From Octopus vulgaris (taxonomy: Eukaryota), in NCBI GenBank assembly GCA_951406725.2, contig OX597835.1, positions 13,082,001 to 13,146,000 on the forward strand: a DNA stretch of 64,000 bases. The letters are read 5' to 3'. This document shows, one piece after another, positions 50,935 to 64,000 of the stretch. Position 1 is the stretch's first letter. Each line of letters opens with the position of its first letter. The notes under the pieces were generated by a model. The model was given only the letters and a program-made list of their open reading frames with translations. It was not told where the DNA came from and did no database searches. A program made the position numbers and the translations under genes.

Positions 50935-51445
50935 TCTATATATATAAAACTGTAGTTGTGTGAGTGTCTGTCCCCTTCGATTTAGATTCCTAACTACTCC
51001 CACATTTTGCGGTGCAGTGTAACCAAATTCGGGTATCTTATAGTCGTGATTCATATCGAGCCCGTCTGAGTATTAGCGCGCGTCTACGATGAGTCTACGA
51101 TTTAAAAATAATTTAACATAATTTTTTATTCCATTTTAATGCATATTTTTTCGTGTGTCGATGGCGGCGGAGTTGGGGTCCATGGTCACACCTGCACCTG
51201 TTTGCTTCTCCCCCTTCTTCCCTCCCTCGTGAAGCTGTGGGGAAGGGAGTGTAAGGAAATCAACGTCGTAAAGCGTTGTCAAGGAGACCAGCGTTCTTTT
51301 AGAACAACGACTTCATGGCTTGAAGACACCAAAACAGAAATGGCTAAGAAAGCCCGAATTGGCATCTATAAGGGAAGTAACTCTCTAAAAATGCTTATAT
51401 AGTTATTTCCCTTACAAACCCGAGCAACGCCGGGCGATACTGCTA

Positions 51446-51446
<1 letters not shown>
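50935..51446 (+). mobile_element. Non-autonomous Helitron (long form)
   Basis: A|TCTATATATATAAAAC...CCCGAGCAACGCCGGG...CTAG|T; nearly identical to 62070-62582. Confidence 0.9.
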
Positions 51447-51499
<53 letters not shown>

Positions 51500-51799
51500 A
51501 TATGCATATTAAAAGGGGTCCAGAGGAAAATTCGTTTAAATAAAAGGGATCCTTGATAGTCAAATGGTTGGGAACCACTGAACTACATAGAACAGTGATT
51601 CTCACCCTTTTTAATATTCAGCCCAGATCCAAAACTTGGATTTTCTTTGGTGGTAGTAGTGGGGGGGGGGGAGGGTGCACCTAAAAAAGTAACCCACGAG
51701 TCAGATAAAGAAAATTTTATATCTATAGGCAGAAGCGAATTGAGGGTCACCAGAAGGATGCTTGAGGGCTGCATGCCATTGTTGGGAACTGCTGCTATG

Positions 51800-52110
51800 A
51801 GTTCTTCCTCGGTAACTAAAATATATTGATTCCCCAGCAGGTCGTTTTCCTGCCGATCAGGTCTGTCCAATGTCCTTGTAGTCCAGACTTTCAGCCTGAG
51901 ATCGTTGATGTATATGTGAACTTAATTCCGCCATGTTATCAAGTTTCTGGCATTAAATCCCTCTTGAGGCTGTAAATATGTTGCGATTGTGTTCCATGCT
52001 GAAGCTAATCCATGATGTAATCCACTCTTTAGAGTATTAGCAATGGTTGGACACCAATGTTTAATATGTCACATTATCAAATTGGTTCTGTTGATAAGGT
52101 GACATAATCT
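51800..52110 (-). mobile_element. Possible RLE-type LINE relic
   Basis: The minus strand has degenerate RLC...HI..WCP (CCHC-like) and DRPD motifs; heavily decayed. Confidence 0.35.
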
Positions 52111-52129
52111 GTATTATTACATGCATGTA

Positions 52130-52182
<53 letters not shown>

Positions 52183-52372
52183 GTTATGAAGTTTGTTTCC
52201 TAACCATATGGTTCCAGGTTCAATCCCACTGCATGGCACTATTGTCAAGTGTCTTCTACAATAACCCTGGGCCAACCAAAGTCTTATGAGTGGATTTGTT
52301 AGACAGAAACCGAAAGAAGCCTGCTATATATATATATATATATATACACATACATACATACATATATATATA

Positions 52373-52672
52373 TGGAGGCACAATGGTCAGGGCAGCGTAC
52401 TCGCGGTTGGAGGATCGCGGTTTCGATTCCCAGACCAGGCGTTGTGAGTGTTTATTGAGCGAAAACACCCAAAAGCTCAATGAGGCTCCGGCAGGGGGTG
52501 GTGGCGATCCCTGCTGTACTCTTTCGCCACAATTTTCTCTCACTCTTTCTTCTGTTGGCCTGCTCGCTTAGCCAGCGGGGTGGCATCATTTGAAGGCTAA
52601 AACAATGCAAAGCGCATTGTGACCAGCGATTTGTAGCAACATCTGATAGTCTGGTTGGTCAAGGTCAAGGTG
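52373..52672 (+). mobile_element. SINE family C, alternative tail
   Basis: Head and body are shared with 33829-34181, but the 3' part differs (…GCGCATTGTGACCAGCGAT…GGTCAAGGTGA). Confidence 0.85.
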
Positions 52673-52960
52673 ATATATATATACATGATGATATATATAA
52701 TGGACATAGCTGTGTGGTTACCCATGGCTTCGGGTTTAGTCCTACTGAAATCTTTATTCCTGTTCTTTTATCTCTTTTATTAGTTTCAGTCACTGGACTG
52801 TGGTCATGCTGGAGCACCATCAAATTCTCATTTTATTGACATAGACATAACCATTATAGACATACACTTAACCATTATAGAACCAATTATCATGAAATCC
52901 TTTGTTTGACGCAGTATACACCCCATCCCCCTACATCTATAATGAACCGTTCCATTACAT

Positions 52961-53098
52961 CTAATAGGGTTTATGGACCACACCATTAAAGACTAATAGG
53001 GTTAATGGACTATACATCCACAGTCTAATAGGTTTAATGGACTGTTCCACTACCATCTAATAGGGTTAATGGATTATAACATTACGAAATAATAGGGG
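52961..53098. repeat. 32-bp-period minisatellite with a conserved 18-nt core
   Basis: The core CTAATAGGGTTAATGGAC (with minor variants) starts at 52961, 52993, 53025 and 53057, with a partial copy at 53089. Confidence 0.85.
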
Positions 53099-53210
53099 TG
53101 TTTGTATGTGTTATGATTCATGATGATATCGTGTGTTTCGAAATTTTATAAAATTTTGCGAACAATGTTACATGCTTGGGTAGATTTTTATCAAAAATGC
53201 TGAGTGAATA

Positions 53211-53895
<685 letters not shown>

Positions 53896-54270
53896 TAGAG
53901 AAAATTTCTCCATGTAGATATTCTTTGTTATCTCGTATCAAAGAATGCAAACTCTGGAACTGAATAATTGAATATGGAACTCGAGGAATACAAAGAAACC
54001 ACACTGAGAAAATGGCAACAACAACAATAAACAACGACAACAACAACAACAACGACAACAACAACAATAAAATGAAGAATTAGGTAAAAGAGTTTTACAG
54101 CAATATTGGTGATCTTTGTTGTAGCATTAAAGATATGTCGGTGGGTGTGTCTTTTGGTTTATACCAGTACACTCTCCATGCTGTGCTATCTGATGGATGA
54201 CAAGGCATCATTTTAGCACCAGCTCTCTCTCTCAGACTCTGTCTGTCTGTCTGCCTCTCTTGGTATACAT

Positions 54271-54320
<50 letters not shown>

Positions 54321-54367
54321 CAATCTGTCTGTCTTCCTTTTTACCATATATATATATATATATGATG

Positions 54368-54408
<41 letters not shown>

Positions 54409-54447
54409 ATATATATATGTATGTATATATATATATGTGTATGTATG

Positions 54448-54496
<49 letters not shown>

Positions 54497-54497
54497 C

Positions 54498-54555
<58 letters not shown>

Positions 54556-54613
54556 TATATATATATATGGTAAAGGAAGACAGACAGATTGATATATATA
54601 TATATATATATAT

Positions 54614-54695
<82 letters not shown>

Positions 54696-55559
54696 ATCTG
54701 TCTGTCTTCCTTTTTAACTCTCTTTCTCTCTCTCTCTTTGTCTATCTATCTGTCTGGCTTTCTATCTCTCTTTCTCTCTCTTTATCTCTCTCTCTCTGTC
54801 TCTGTCTGCCTGCCTGTCTGCCTGCCTGTCTGCCTCTCTCTCTCTCTCTATCTATCTATTTATCTGTCTGTCTGTATGTCTCTCTCTCTCTCTCATTCTT
54901 GAAGTCTTGTCAGCTGACCAACCTGCTATCTTCCTTCCAAATGGTTCTCCTTCAGCTTTCCACAAGCATTCAGTTGCTGCATTAACCAAACTACTGCTCA
55001 GAGCAACCAGCGCCATGGATTTGGACAACAAAGACAAATACAAAAACACCAAGAACCATACAAAGGGAAAGTCTTGATTCATTCCAATTACCATTCTCTC
55101 AAGACAAGAGGAATTCATTACTTTTGTTCATGTCAATGCGTTACTCAGCTTATTTTCATTCAATTTACGCAGATTACCTTGGGCCATAAATGTGTTCTAT
55201 TCTTTTTCTGTAGACATATCAATACCTTGTCTTTTGGAGTCAAGGTAAGCCAACTGCTGTGCTGATGACATCTATTGAGGCAGAAACATGTTTCTATAGC
55301 TGCCCTCTCGTCTTCAGAAGAAAAAAAAACAATGATAATTTAATCCATTGTTAATTACTAACCTTAGTTGGTAGGCAGAGCTCAATGAGAACTGCAGTGT
55401 TAGTAATTAACAATGAATTAAATTGCTATTTTTTCTGAAGACCTGATGTTCTAAAATGACTATGTGTCAATTACAGCACAATATACTAGTATTTCTTAGT
55501 GAAACATGTGTAAAGTGTATATAATTTATAATGTTATAATAAAGAGTTTAATTGTATAT

Positions 55560-55862
55560 AGGCAGAGGCTTGGCTGTGTGGTAAGAAGTTTGTTTCTCAA
55601 TCACATGGTTCCAGGTTCAGTTCTACTGCGTGGCACCTTGAGCAAGTGTCATCTATATATCCTAGGGCTGACCGATGCCTTATGAGTCTATCTGGTAGAC
55701 AGGAACTGAAAGAAGCCCATCATGTATACATGTGTGTGTGTTTGTGTGTGTGTCTTTGTGTGTCTTTGTGCATGTGTCTGTATCTCCCCACCACTTGAGA
55801 ACTGGTGTCGTTTTGTTTACATCCCTGTGACTTAGCGATTAGTAACTGAAACAAGCAAAAGA
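55560..55862 (+). mobile_element. SINE family A, diverged
   Basis: Head TGGCTGTGTGGTAAG...GGTTCAG and tail CTGAAACAAGCAAAAGA. Confidence 0.75.
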
Positions 55863-56150
55863 TAGACACATACCAAGAGTACAGTTTCTGTCAACGAAAT
55901 TCCACAAAGAACATATTAGTTGCCCCAAGATGCTTGTTTACGATGACACACACTGGTATTGAAACCAGGACAATGTGGTTGCAGAATGAATTATTAGCAC
56001 ACGCAGCCATATTTGCTCCCACTGGTTTGATATAATTACCTGTTCCATTGTTGCGCTTCTTCTTCAAAATTTTGATTTCGGTTCCATGTGAAACACATTG
56101 GAATTTATTATTAAACATCGAAAGATAAAAAGTCTAACCCTTTTAATATC

Positions 56151-56383
56151 TGTTTCTTTATTACCCTCAAGGGACTAAACATAGAGGGGACAAACAAGGA
56201 CAGACAAACGGATTAAGTCGATTACATCGACCCCAGTGCGTAACTGGTACTTAATTTATTGACCCTGAAATGATGAAAGGCAAAGTCAACCTCGGCGGAA
56301 TTTGAACTCAGAACGTAACGGCAGACGAAATACGGCTACGCATTTTGCCCGGTGTGCTAACGTTTCTGCCAGCTCACCACCTT
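56151..56383 (-). mobile_element. SINE family D, full length
   Basis: Homologous to 32717-32950; TSD TAACCCTTTTAATATC. Confidence 0.85.
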
Positions 56384-57619
56384 TTAATAACCCTTTTAAT
56401 ATCGAGTCACCTTGAATCACTTCTGGGTCTATGATACAAACTCCTCATTTTAAAGTGATCTTAATTAAATCCTCCCCTCAAATTTTACTTTGTTTCAAAT
56501 GCCAACTTAATAACAACACAGTTCAATATCATTGCTTTTACATCCGCTTTTCTGTGCTTGCATGGGTCGGACAGAACTTCTTTAGGCTGGTTTTCTACAG
56601 GCGGGTGCCTCTCCTGTTTTCAACTCTGACCCGCTTCCAAGTAAGGTAATATTTCCCCGTGGCTGGACATGTTTTCCTGGAAGATTGGAAACGAAGGATG
56701 TCACTTATATAGTGGTGACACTCATTTATAATTATCACATGATGCCAGGGCAAAGACATACAATCACACACACACACACACACATACACATGCACACATA
56801 TATAAGCCTAGCTGACCAAAGCCTAGTGAGTGACCAAATCTACCCACAAGGCTTTGATTGGCTTGGAGCTTTAACACGAGACACTTGCCCAGTGCCAGAT
56901 CTTGTAAGTGAACCCCAAACCATGTGATTCAGGAGTGAAGTGCTTAGTCACACAGTCATGTTTGCATTCAGCTATTTTAATAAATTTTTAATTGAATTCA
57001 AAATTAATTGAAACAAAAGCAGCATATTTAAAGAGAAATATGGTAACTTCAGGGTGGAGCTATACCAAGTGAGAATTGAACTCTTGAACTCTTGGGTATG
57101 AAAAAAAGTGATCCTTATGGAAGAAATTCACTTTATGTGTGCCATCTCTCCATAAAGGCATCAAAGCTACCAGAACAAGTGATTGATTGGTGATTATGAA
57201 CGATGGTGGTGGTGGTGGTGGTGGTGGTGGTGGTGGTGGTGGTGGTGGTGGTGGTGGTGGTGGTGGTGGTGGTGGTGGTAGTGGTGGTGGGGAATCGAAA
57301 TTTGTGTGTTTAGGGTTATATATATGATATACAATGGTGTTTAGACACAGATGTGACCTTCTGACATTTCCCTAACTGGAATCAGTGCTATAGCTGAGAG
57401 ATGTTTAACTAACTAACGATGCTGAGCATATGAACGCATGCATGCACACAAACACATGCACACGCATGCGCATGCACACATGCACGTACATGCACATGCA
57501 CACGTGTGCGTGCGTATATATCATTATAATCTTGTGTCTTTCAAATTGCTGATCTATAGGAATATATATATTTATATCAGCACAACAATCTCTGTCTTTC
57601 ACATTGCTGATCTATGAGT

Positions 57620-57636
57620 ATATGTGAGTGTGTATA

Positions 57637-57667
<31 letters not shown>

Positions 57668-58242
57668 GCACATACAAATATATATATATATATACATATA
57701 TAACATACATATATACATACATTCATACTTATATATATATATACATATATAACATACATATATACATATATAACACATGTATGTACATATATATATTTAT
57801 ACACACACACACATATATATATATACACATACATACATATATACATATATATAAACACACATACACACACACATATATGATGATGAGGATATATATATAT
57901 ATATACATACATATATATATATGCACTTACAAATATATACACACCCATCACATATATCTATCTATCGATCTATATTTATATATATATACACATACATACA
58001 TACATACATACATGTATATACATATACACATGTACACACACACACATACACACACAGATGATGATGATGATAATGTGTGCATGTGTGTGGAGGGTAGTAT
58101 ATATCAGCATTATCTGTCTTTCAAATTGCCATTCTTTGAGATTATATCTATATGTGTATGTGTGTGTGTGTCTGTGTATGTGTATGCATGTGTATATGTA
58201 TATATGTATGTGTGTATGTATGTATGTATGCATGTATGTATG

Positions 58243-58301
<59 letters not shown>

Positions 58302-58640
58302 ATATGTACGTATGTATGTATGTATATACGTATGTATGTATGTATGTATGTATGTATGTATGTATGTATGTGTATGTATATATGTATGTATGTATGTATC
58401 TATGTGTATGTATGTATGTATGTATGTATGTATGTATGTATGTATGTATGTATGTATGTATGTATGTATGTATGTATGTATGTATGTATGTATGTATGTA
58501 TGTATGTATGTACGTATGTATGTATGTATGTATGTATGTACGTATGTATGTATATATGTATGTATGTATGTATGTATGTGTGTGTGTATGTATGTATGTA
58601 TGTTTGTGTGTGTATGTGCCTGTTTATATATATATGTGTC
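57620..58640. repeat. (TA)/(TATG)n compound microsatellite
   Basis: Seen directly; it is the source of the 427-aa YVCM ORF. Confidence 0.95.
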
Positions 58641-59109
58641 AGCATTATCCCTGCCTTTCAAATCGCTGATCTACTTTGCTTGCAAATTTCATCTCAATCA
58701 ACATAACCTCGCTTTTATCCGAACTTCAAACAGTTATTACCTTCGTCAGTTCGGTGCCGTATCTTGTTCTTCCATGTTTTACAATGTCACTCATGAACGA
58801 ACAACAACAGATAACTGGATTATGGCTTTTTATGCCATGTTACCGTTTTCCAAAATGCCGCTGATGTTCTTGATGCTACTGCTGCCGCTGCTCTCTATTC
58901 TTGTTCTTTGATTTATTGAAAGGAATCATAGATAAACTGTGCACCTATTATTTGGAACAGCAAGATCATTACTTTAAAGAGGGGGGGGGGGAGGGAGGGA
59001 GAGCGAGAGAGAGCAGGACGAGGGGGGGAGGAGAGATCGTTAGAAGACAATTCCGAACGTAATTGAGTTTCAATTTATTTTTGATTGAAACAAATCTCCT
59101 CCTTTAACA

Positions 59110-59270
59110 AATAGTAATAATAATGATAATAATCATAATAATAATAATAATAATAATGATAATAATAATTTATTATAATGATGACATCAATAATATAATA
59201 ATAATTATATAATAATGATAATAATAATAATAATAATAATAATGATAATAATAATAATAATAATTATATA

Positions 59271-59303
<33 letters not shown>

Positions 59304-59620
59304 CTAATAACAACAACAATTATAATTATGATAAATAACAATATATTAACTATAACTAATAATAACACTATCAACAACAGTAAAAATAATAACAACAATA
59401 ATGATAGCAATGACAATAACAATATTATAATAATAACTATAATGACATCAACAGCAATAATGATAATAATAGTAATAATAATAATGATAATAATAATAAT
59501 AATAATAATAATGATAATAATGATAATAATAAGAACAATAATAGTATAACAACAACAATAATAATGACAATGATAGTAATAACAATAATAATAATAATAA
59601 TAATAATAGTAATAATAATA

Positions 59621-59655
<35 letters not shown>

Positions 59656-59975
59656 TATGATAATGATAATAATAATAACAACAATAATAATGACAATGAT
59701 AACAATAATAATAATGATAATAATAATAATAACAATAATAATATAACAACAACAATAATAATGACAATGATAGTAATAACAATAGTAATAATGAAAATAA
59801 TAATAACAATAGTAATGTAACAACAACAATAATAATGACAATGATAGTAATAACAATAGTAATAATAAAATAATAATAACAATAGTAATGTAACAACAAC
59901 AATGATAATAATAATAATAATAATAACAATAATAATAATAACAATAATAATAATAATAATAATAGTAATAAAAAT
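59110..59975. repeat. (AAT)n degenerate microsatellite
   Basis: Seen directly. Confidence 0.95.
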
Positions 59976-60469
59976 AGATGGAATACCAAGTAAAATCCTT
60001 CAGATTAAGTAATCATATGTCGTAACAATCGTAATGTGATTACCGATATTTATTTGGAATGTCAGTTCCAAGTGATTTTTTATTTATTTATTTATTTATT
60101 TAACCATTCCAGTTGGATGTAAAGACTACGGTGGTGTACTTTATCGACTGATGTCTTGATGTCTCTCGGAGAATAATTGTCAAAATCTATATCATGTGAA
60201 CGGAATATATTTTTCGGAAGCGGTGGAGCATCTAAATGATGTTTTTGTTTTGTTTTTTTTTTTGTTTGCGTTTTACTTTCTATGTCATTTAACCAATTCC
60301 GTATACAATGTAGAACGAGATGGATTATTAGCTAAATAGGATAAGCTCTGTAATTCTTGTTTAATTAAAAAACAAAAACAAAAACATGATAAACATCCCA
60401 AATAATGGTATTTATATTCTGGCGTTCGTTAAGCAGAACTATAAAATGTTGTCATTCTCTGTTGCTGCT

Positions 60470-60599
60470 GTTGTTATTATTATCATTATTATTATTATCA
60501 TTGTTGTTATTATTATTGTTTTTGTTGTTGTTGTTGTTATTTTTATTATTATTATCATTGTTATTATTATTATCATTTTTATTATTATTATTATTATTA

Positions 60600-60666
<67 letters not shown>

Positions 60667-60705
60667 TTATTATTATTATCATTATTATTATTATTATTAT
60701 TTTTA

Positions 60706-60743
<38 letters not shown>

Positions 60744-60846
60744 ATTATTATTATTATTTTTATTATTATTATTATCATTATTATTAATATTATTATTATT
60801 ATTATTATTATTATCATCATTATTATTATTATTACTATTATTATTA

Positions 60847-60920
<74 letters not shown>
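60470..60920. repeat. (TTA)n microsatellite
   Basis: Seen directly. Confidence 0.95.
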
Positions 60921-60921
<1 letters not shown>

Positions 60922-61402
60922 GGCCTGTCATAGAAAGGATTATTATTATCTCCAAATCTGCCCTGATTTAAAAGATCTAAGATCAAAGACATTCTATGAA
61001 GGACAAACCCAGTCTTTTCGGAGAGTATTTGGCACTACATTATCTGCTGTCTCCTTCCTTTTCAGTAAAACAGCAAGGAGTGATTCAAGAGTGGTTTAGC
61101 TGTTGTTTCTAGCAGCTTGAGAGAACCACATAGTGACTCCTTTTTATATTCTTTTAACACAGCTCTTGCCTACAGGTTCAGACTTACCTTTTAGAATGAT
61201 TGAGAGAAAACGAGGAATGAGGAATATTTATTAGGGATGCAAGTTAAGAAGTTTACTTACAAACCACATGGTTTTAGGTTCAATCTCATCTCTGGCAAAT
61301 GCCATCTACTATATCCCTAGCCTGATGAAAGCCTTGCAAGTGGATTTGATAGACTGAAACTGAAAGAAGCTTGTTGTATATATATGTGTGTGTGTGTGTG
61401 CG

Positions 61403-61659
61403 TAGGATCGCGGTTTCAATTCCCAGACCGTGCGTTGTGAGTGTTTATTGAGCTAAGACACCTAAAGTTCCACGAGGCTCTGGCAGGGGTGGTGGCGATC
61501 CCTGCTGTTCTCCTTCACCACAGCTTTCTCTCACTCTCTCTTCTGTTGGCCTGCTTGCTTTGCCAACGGGGAGGCGTCATTTGAAGGCTAAAACAATGCG
61601 AAGCGCATTGTGACCAGCGATGCGTTGCAACATCTGATAGCCTGGTCGGTCACGGTGAT
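61403..61659 (+). mobile_element. SINE family C (alternative tail), 5'-truncated
   Basis: Homologous to 52373-52672. Confidence 0.85.
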
Positions 61660-62069
61660 TAGCTTATAAACCAAAACATACTTGGAAGTATATTATGGTT
61701 GCAAAACAAAGGACAGTGTCCCTACCTGTAATTAATACTAAACTATGAGTATGATATGAGGGCAACTTATACACAGGTGAACATGGTATGTGTTATTGCT
61801 GTAAAACTGAGAATACAGGTGAAAGTTGTCTTAGGGGCATCATGATTTCAAACTATTCATACCTTATCATCTTTAATAGAAGCCAGGTAAATAACAGGTA
61901 TTAATGACATACACTATAAACAATCTAAATTTGTAATTTAATATTCAACATCCAGTTATATTAGTTTGGTTTGACTATTTTTATCCCCTAGAAATATTTT
62001 ACAACAAAACTAAATTTACATTCTGACAGAAATAAGCAATTTTCTACAAGGTGTGTTCTCGTCATCATA

Positions 62070-62582
62070 TCTATATATATAAAACTGTAGTTGTGTGAGT
62101 GTCTGTCCCCTTCGATTTAGATTCCTAACTACTCCCACATTTTGCGGTGCAGTTTAACCAAATTCGGGTATCTTATAGTCGTGATTCATATCGAGCCCGT
62201 CTGAGTATTAGCGCGCATCTACGATGAGTCTACGATTTTAAAAATAATTTAACATAATTTTTTATTCCATTTTAATGCATATTTTTTCGTGTGTCGATGG
62301 CGGCGGAGTTGGCATCCATGGTCACACCTGCACCTGTTTGCTTCTCCCCCTTCTTCCCTCCCTCGTGAAGCTGTGGGGAAGGGAGTGTAAGGAAATCAAC
62401 GTCGTAAAGCGTTGTCAAGGAGACCAGCGTTCTTTTAGAACAACGACTTCATGGCTTGAAGACACCAAAACAGAAATGGCTAAGAAAGCCCGAATTGGCA
62501 TCTATAAGGGAAGTAACTCTCTAAAAATGCTTATATAGTTATTTCCCTTACAAACCCGAGCAACGCCGGGCGATACTGCTAG
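62070..62582 (+). mobile_element. Non-autonomous Helitron (long form)
   Basis: A|TC...hairpin...CTAG|T; about 5 differences from 50935-51446 by eye. Confidence 0.9.
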
Positions 62583-63236
62583 TACACTATAAACAATCTA
62601 AATTTACAATTTAATATTTAACATCCAGTTATATTAGTTTGGTTTCACTATTTTTATCCCCTAGAAATATTTTGCAACAAAACTAAATTTATATTCTGAC
62701 AGAAATAAGCAATTTTCTACAAGGTGTGTTCTCGTCATCATATAAAATATATTTCGTTAATGTACCGATGCTATGCACTGGCATTGAACGGCAATAAACT
62801 TTCAGCTAGTGTCTTAGAATTCAAGAGATATAAAATAAAGTTAAATAAATAAAATAATATGAAATAATAAAACCGATGGAGGTAGTAGCAGAAGTAAAAA
62901 GTTGTTGGTAAATAAAAAGATGTATTCAATATTTTAGTACAGTTAAAAATAGTCCGGTAGGAAAATTAATGTTCTTTCGCTAGAAACGCTGTGCGTTTCA
63001 GCTTCTTGTGGTCTATTTATATGTGATTTGTTCTTAGTTTCCTTCTGCTGTTTGCAAGTCTTGTATTACCGATGCCAACATTCCTTATGTGCAGTGACTG
63101 TGCCGTCTGCTGAAGCTGTTTACTTGTACAAAGCTAAACGCTTTCATCTACATCAGACATCATAGAAATAAAATACCGATTCCTTTGGAGTAATGAGTTC
63201 TTGCATTGGCATAAAGCCATATTTTTTTGGTGTGTG

Positions 63237-63301
<65 letters not shown>

Positions 63302-63516
63302 ATGATGGGGGTGGAGGTGTGGGGTCAGGCGGGGGTGGATAGTCAGTTCAATCAATCCCTAAATGTTGACAGGTACTTTTTTTTTTTTATTGAATCTAAA
63401 ATGTCAGGTGGGATGGGGTGAGGTGGTGTTCACCTCTGTGAAATTTGAACACAGAACATAAAACGTTCCTCCTCCTCCTCCTCATCATCATCATCATGAC
63501 CACCACCACCACCACC

Positions 63517-63548
<32 letters not shown>

Positions 63549-64000
63549 TTTCAATGTTTTAAGCTCTGCTTTTCTAAGCCTGCACGGGTCAGACAGAATT
63601 TGTTGAGGCAAAATTTTCTACAGTTGGATGCTCTTCCTGCCACCCACTTTCAGGAGTAGTATCTGCCCACGGCCTGTCATGCTTACACAGAGGATTGGAA
63701 ATGAAGAGAACCACTTATATGATGGTGCCACTTGTTTACAACCATCCTATGATGTCAAAGCAAGGAGATACAAACACGTACATCCATCCACAGGCATCCA
63801 TCTGCATCCCTACATGCCTGCATACATACGTACACACACACACACATATATATATACGACAGGCTTCTTTCAGTTTCCATCTACCAAATCCACTCACAAG
63901 GCGTTGGTCGGCCCGAGGCTACGGAAGAAGACACTTGCCCAAGGTGTCACGCAACCTGGATGCATTTGCTGTTGCCAACCCTCCCCTGTTTCCAAGTAAA

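Larger units (their letters stand above)
50197..51580. mobile_element. hAT MITE containing an RTE tail and two Helitrons
   Basis: TIRs AAGTGGTTCCCAACC / GGTTGGGAACCACTG and an 8-bp TSD AACTACAT (50189-50196, 51581-51588). Confidence 0.85.

Noticed and set aside
51139-51402. 87-aa ORF duplicated at 62275-62538
   Set aside because: Both copies lie inside near-identical Helitrons, so conservation reflects recent transposition; no recognisable domain.
57628-58911. Longest ORF (427 aa)
   Set aside because: It is made of (TA)/(TATG)n repeats (YVCM/IYI), so the open frame is a repeat artefact.

Overview
This is AT-rich, microsatellite-saturated eukaryotic DNA. The SINE, LINE and microsatellite mix resembles a coleoid cephalopod (Octopus-like) genome, but that assignment is inference from repeat style, not a database result. 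I found no intact host protein-coding gene: almost every ORF in the track is translated simple repeat or transposon sequence. The window looks like a large intron or an intergenic region. It contains one tRNA-Asn(GTT) gene with two stem substitutions, three tRNA-derived SINE families, many RTE-LINE 3' ends carrying palindromic ~60-bp units, and CR1/L2-type and R4/Dong-type LINE fragments. It also holds six non-autonomous Helitrons, two mariner relics, and Mutator-, hAT- and piggyBac-like MITEs. The most notable observations are a structurally complete type I hammerhead ribozyme with a palindromic stem III (12101-12194) beside a perfect 59-bp-arm palindrome, repeated insertion of an R4/Dong-like LINE into (TACA)n, a candidate recursive splice site (47065/47066, +), a candidate 4/17-nt microexon (41072-41088, -), and a tRNA gene abutting an RTE tail. 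Nothing here demonstrates a new multi-gene system. Boundaries that fall inside microsatellites are approximate.
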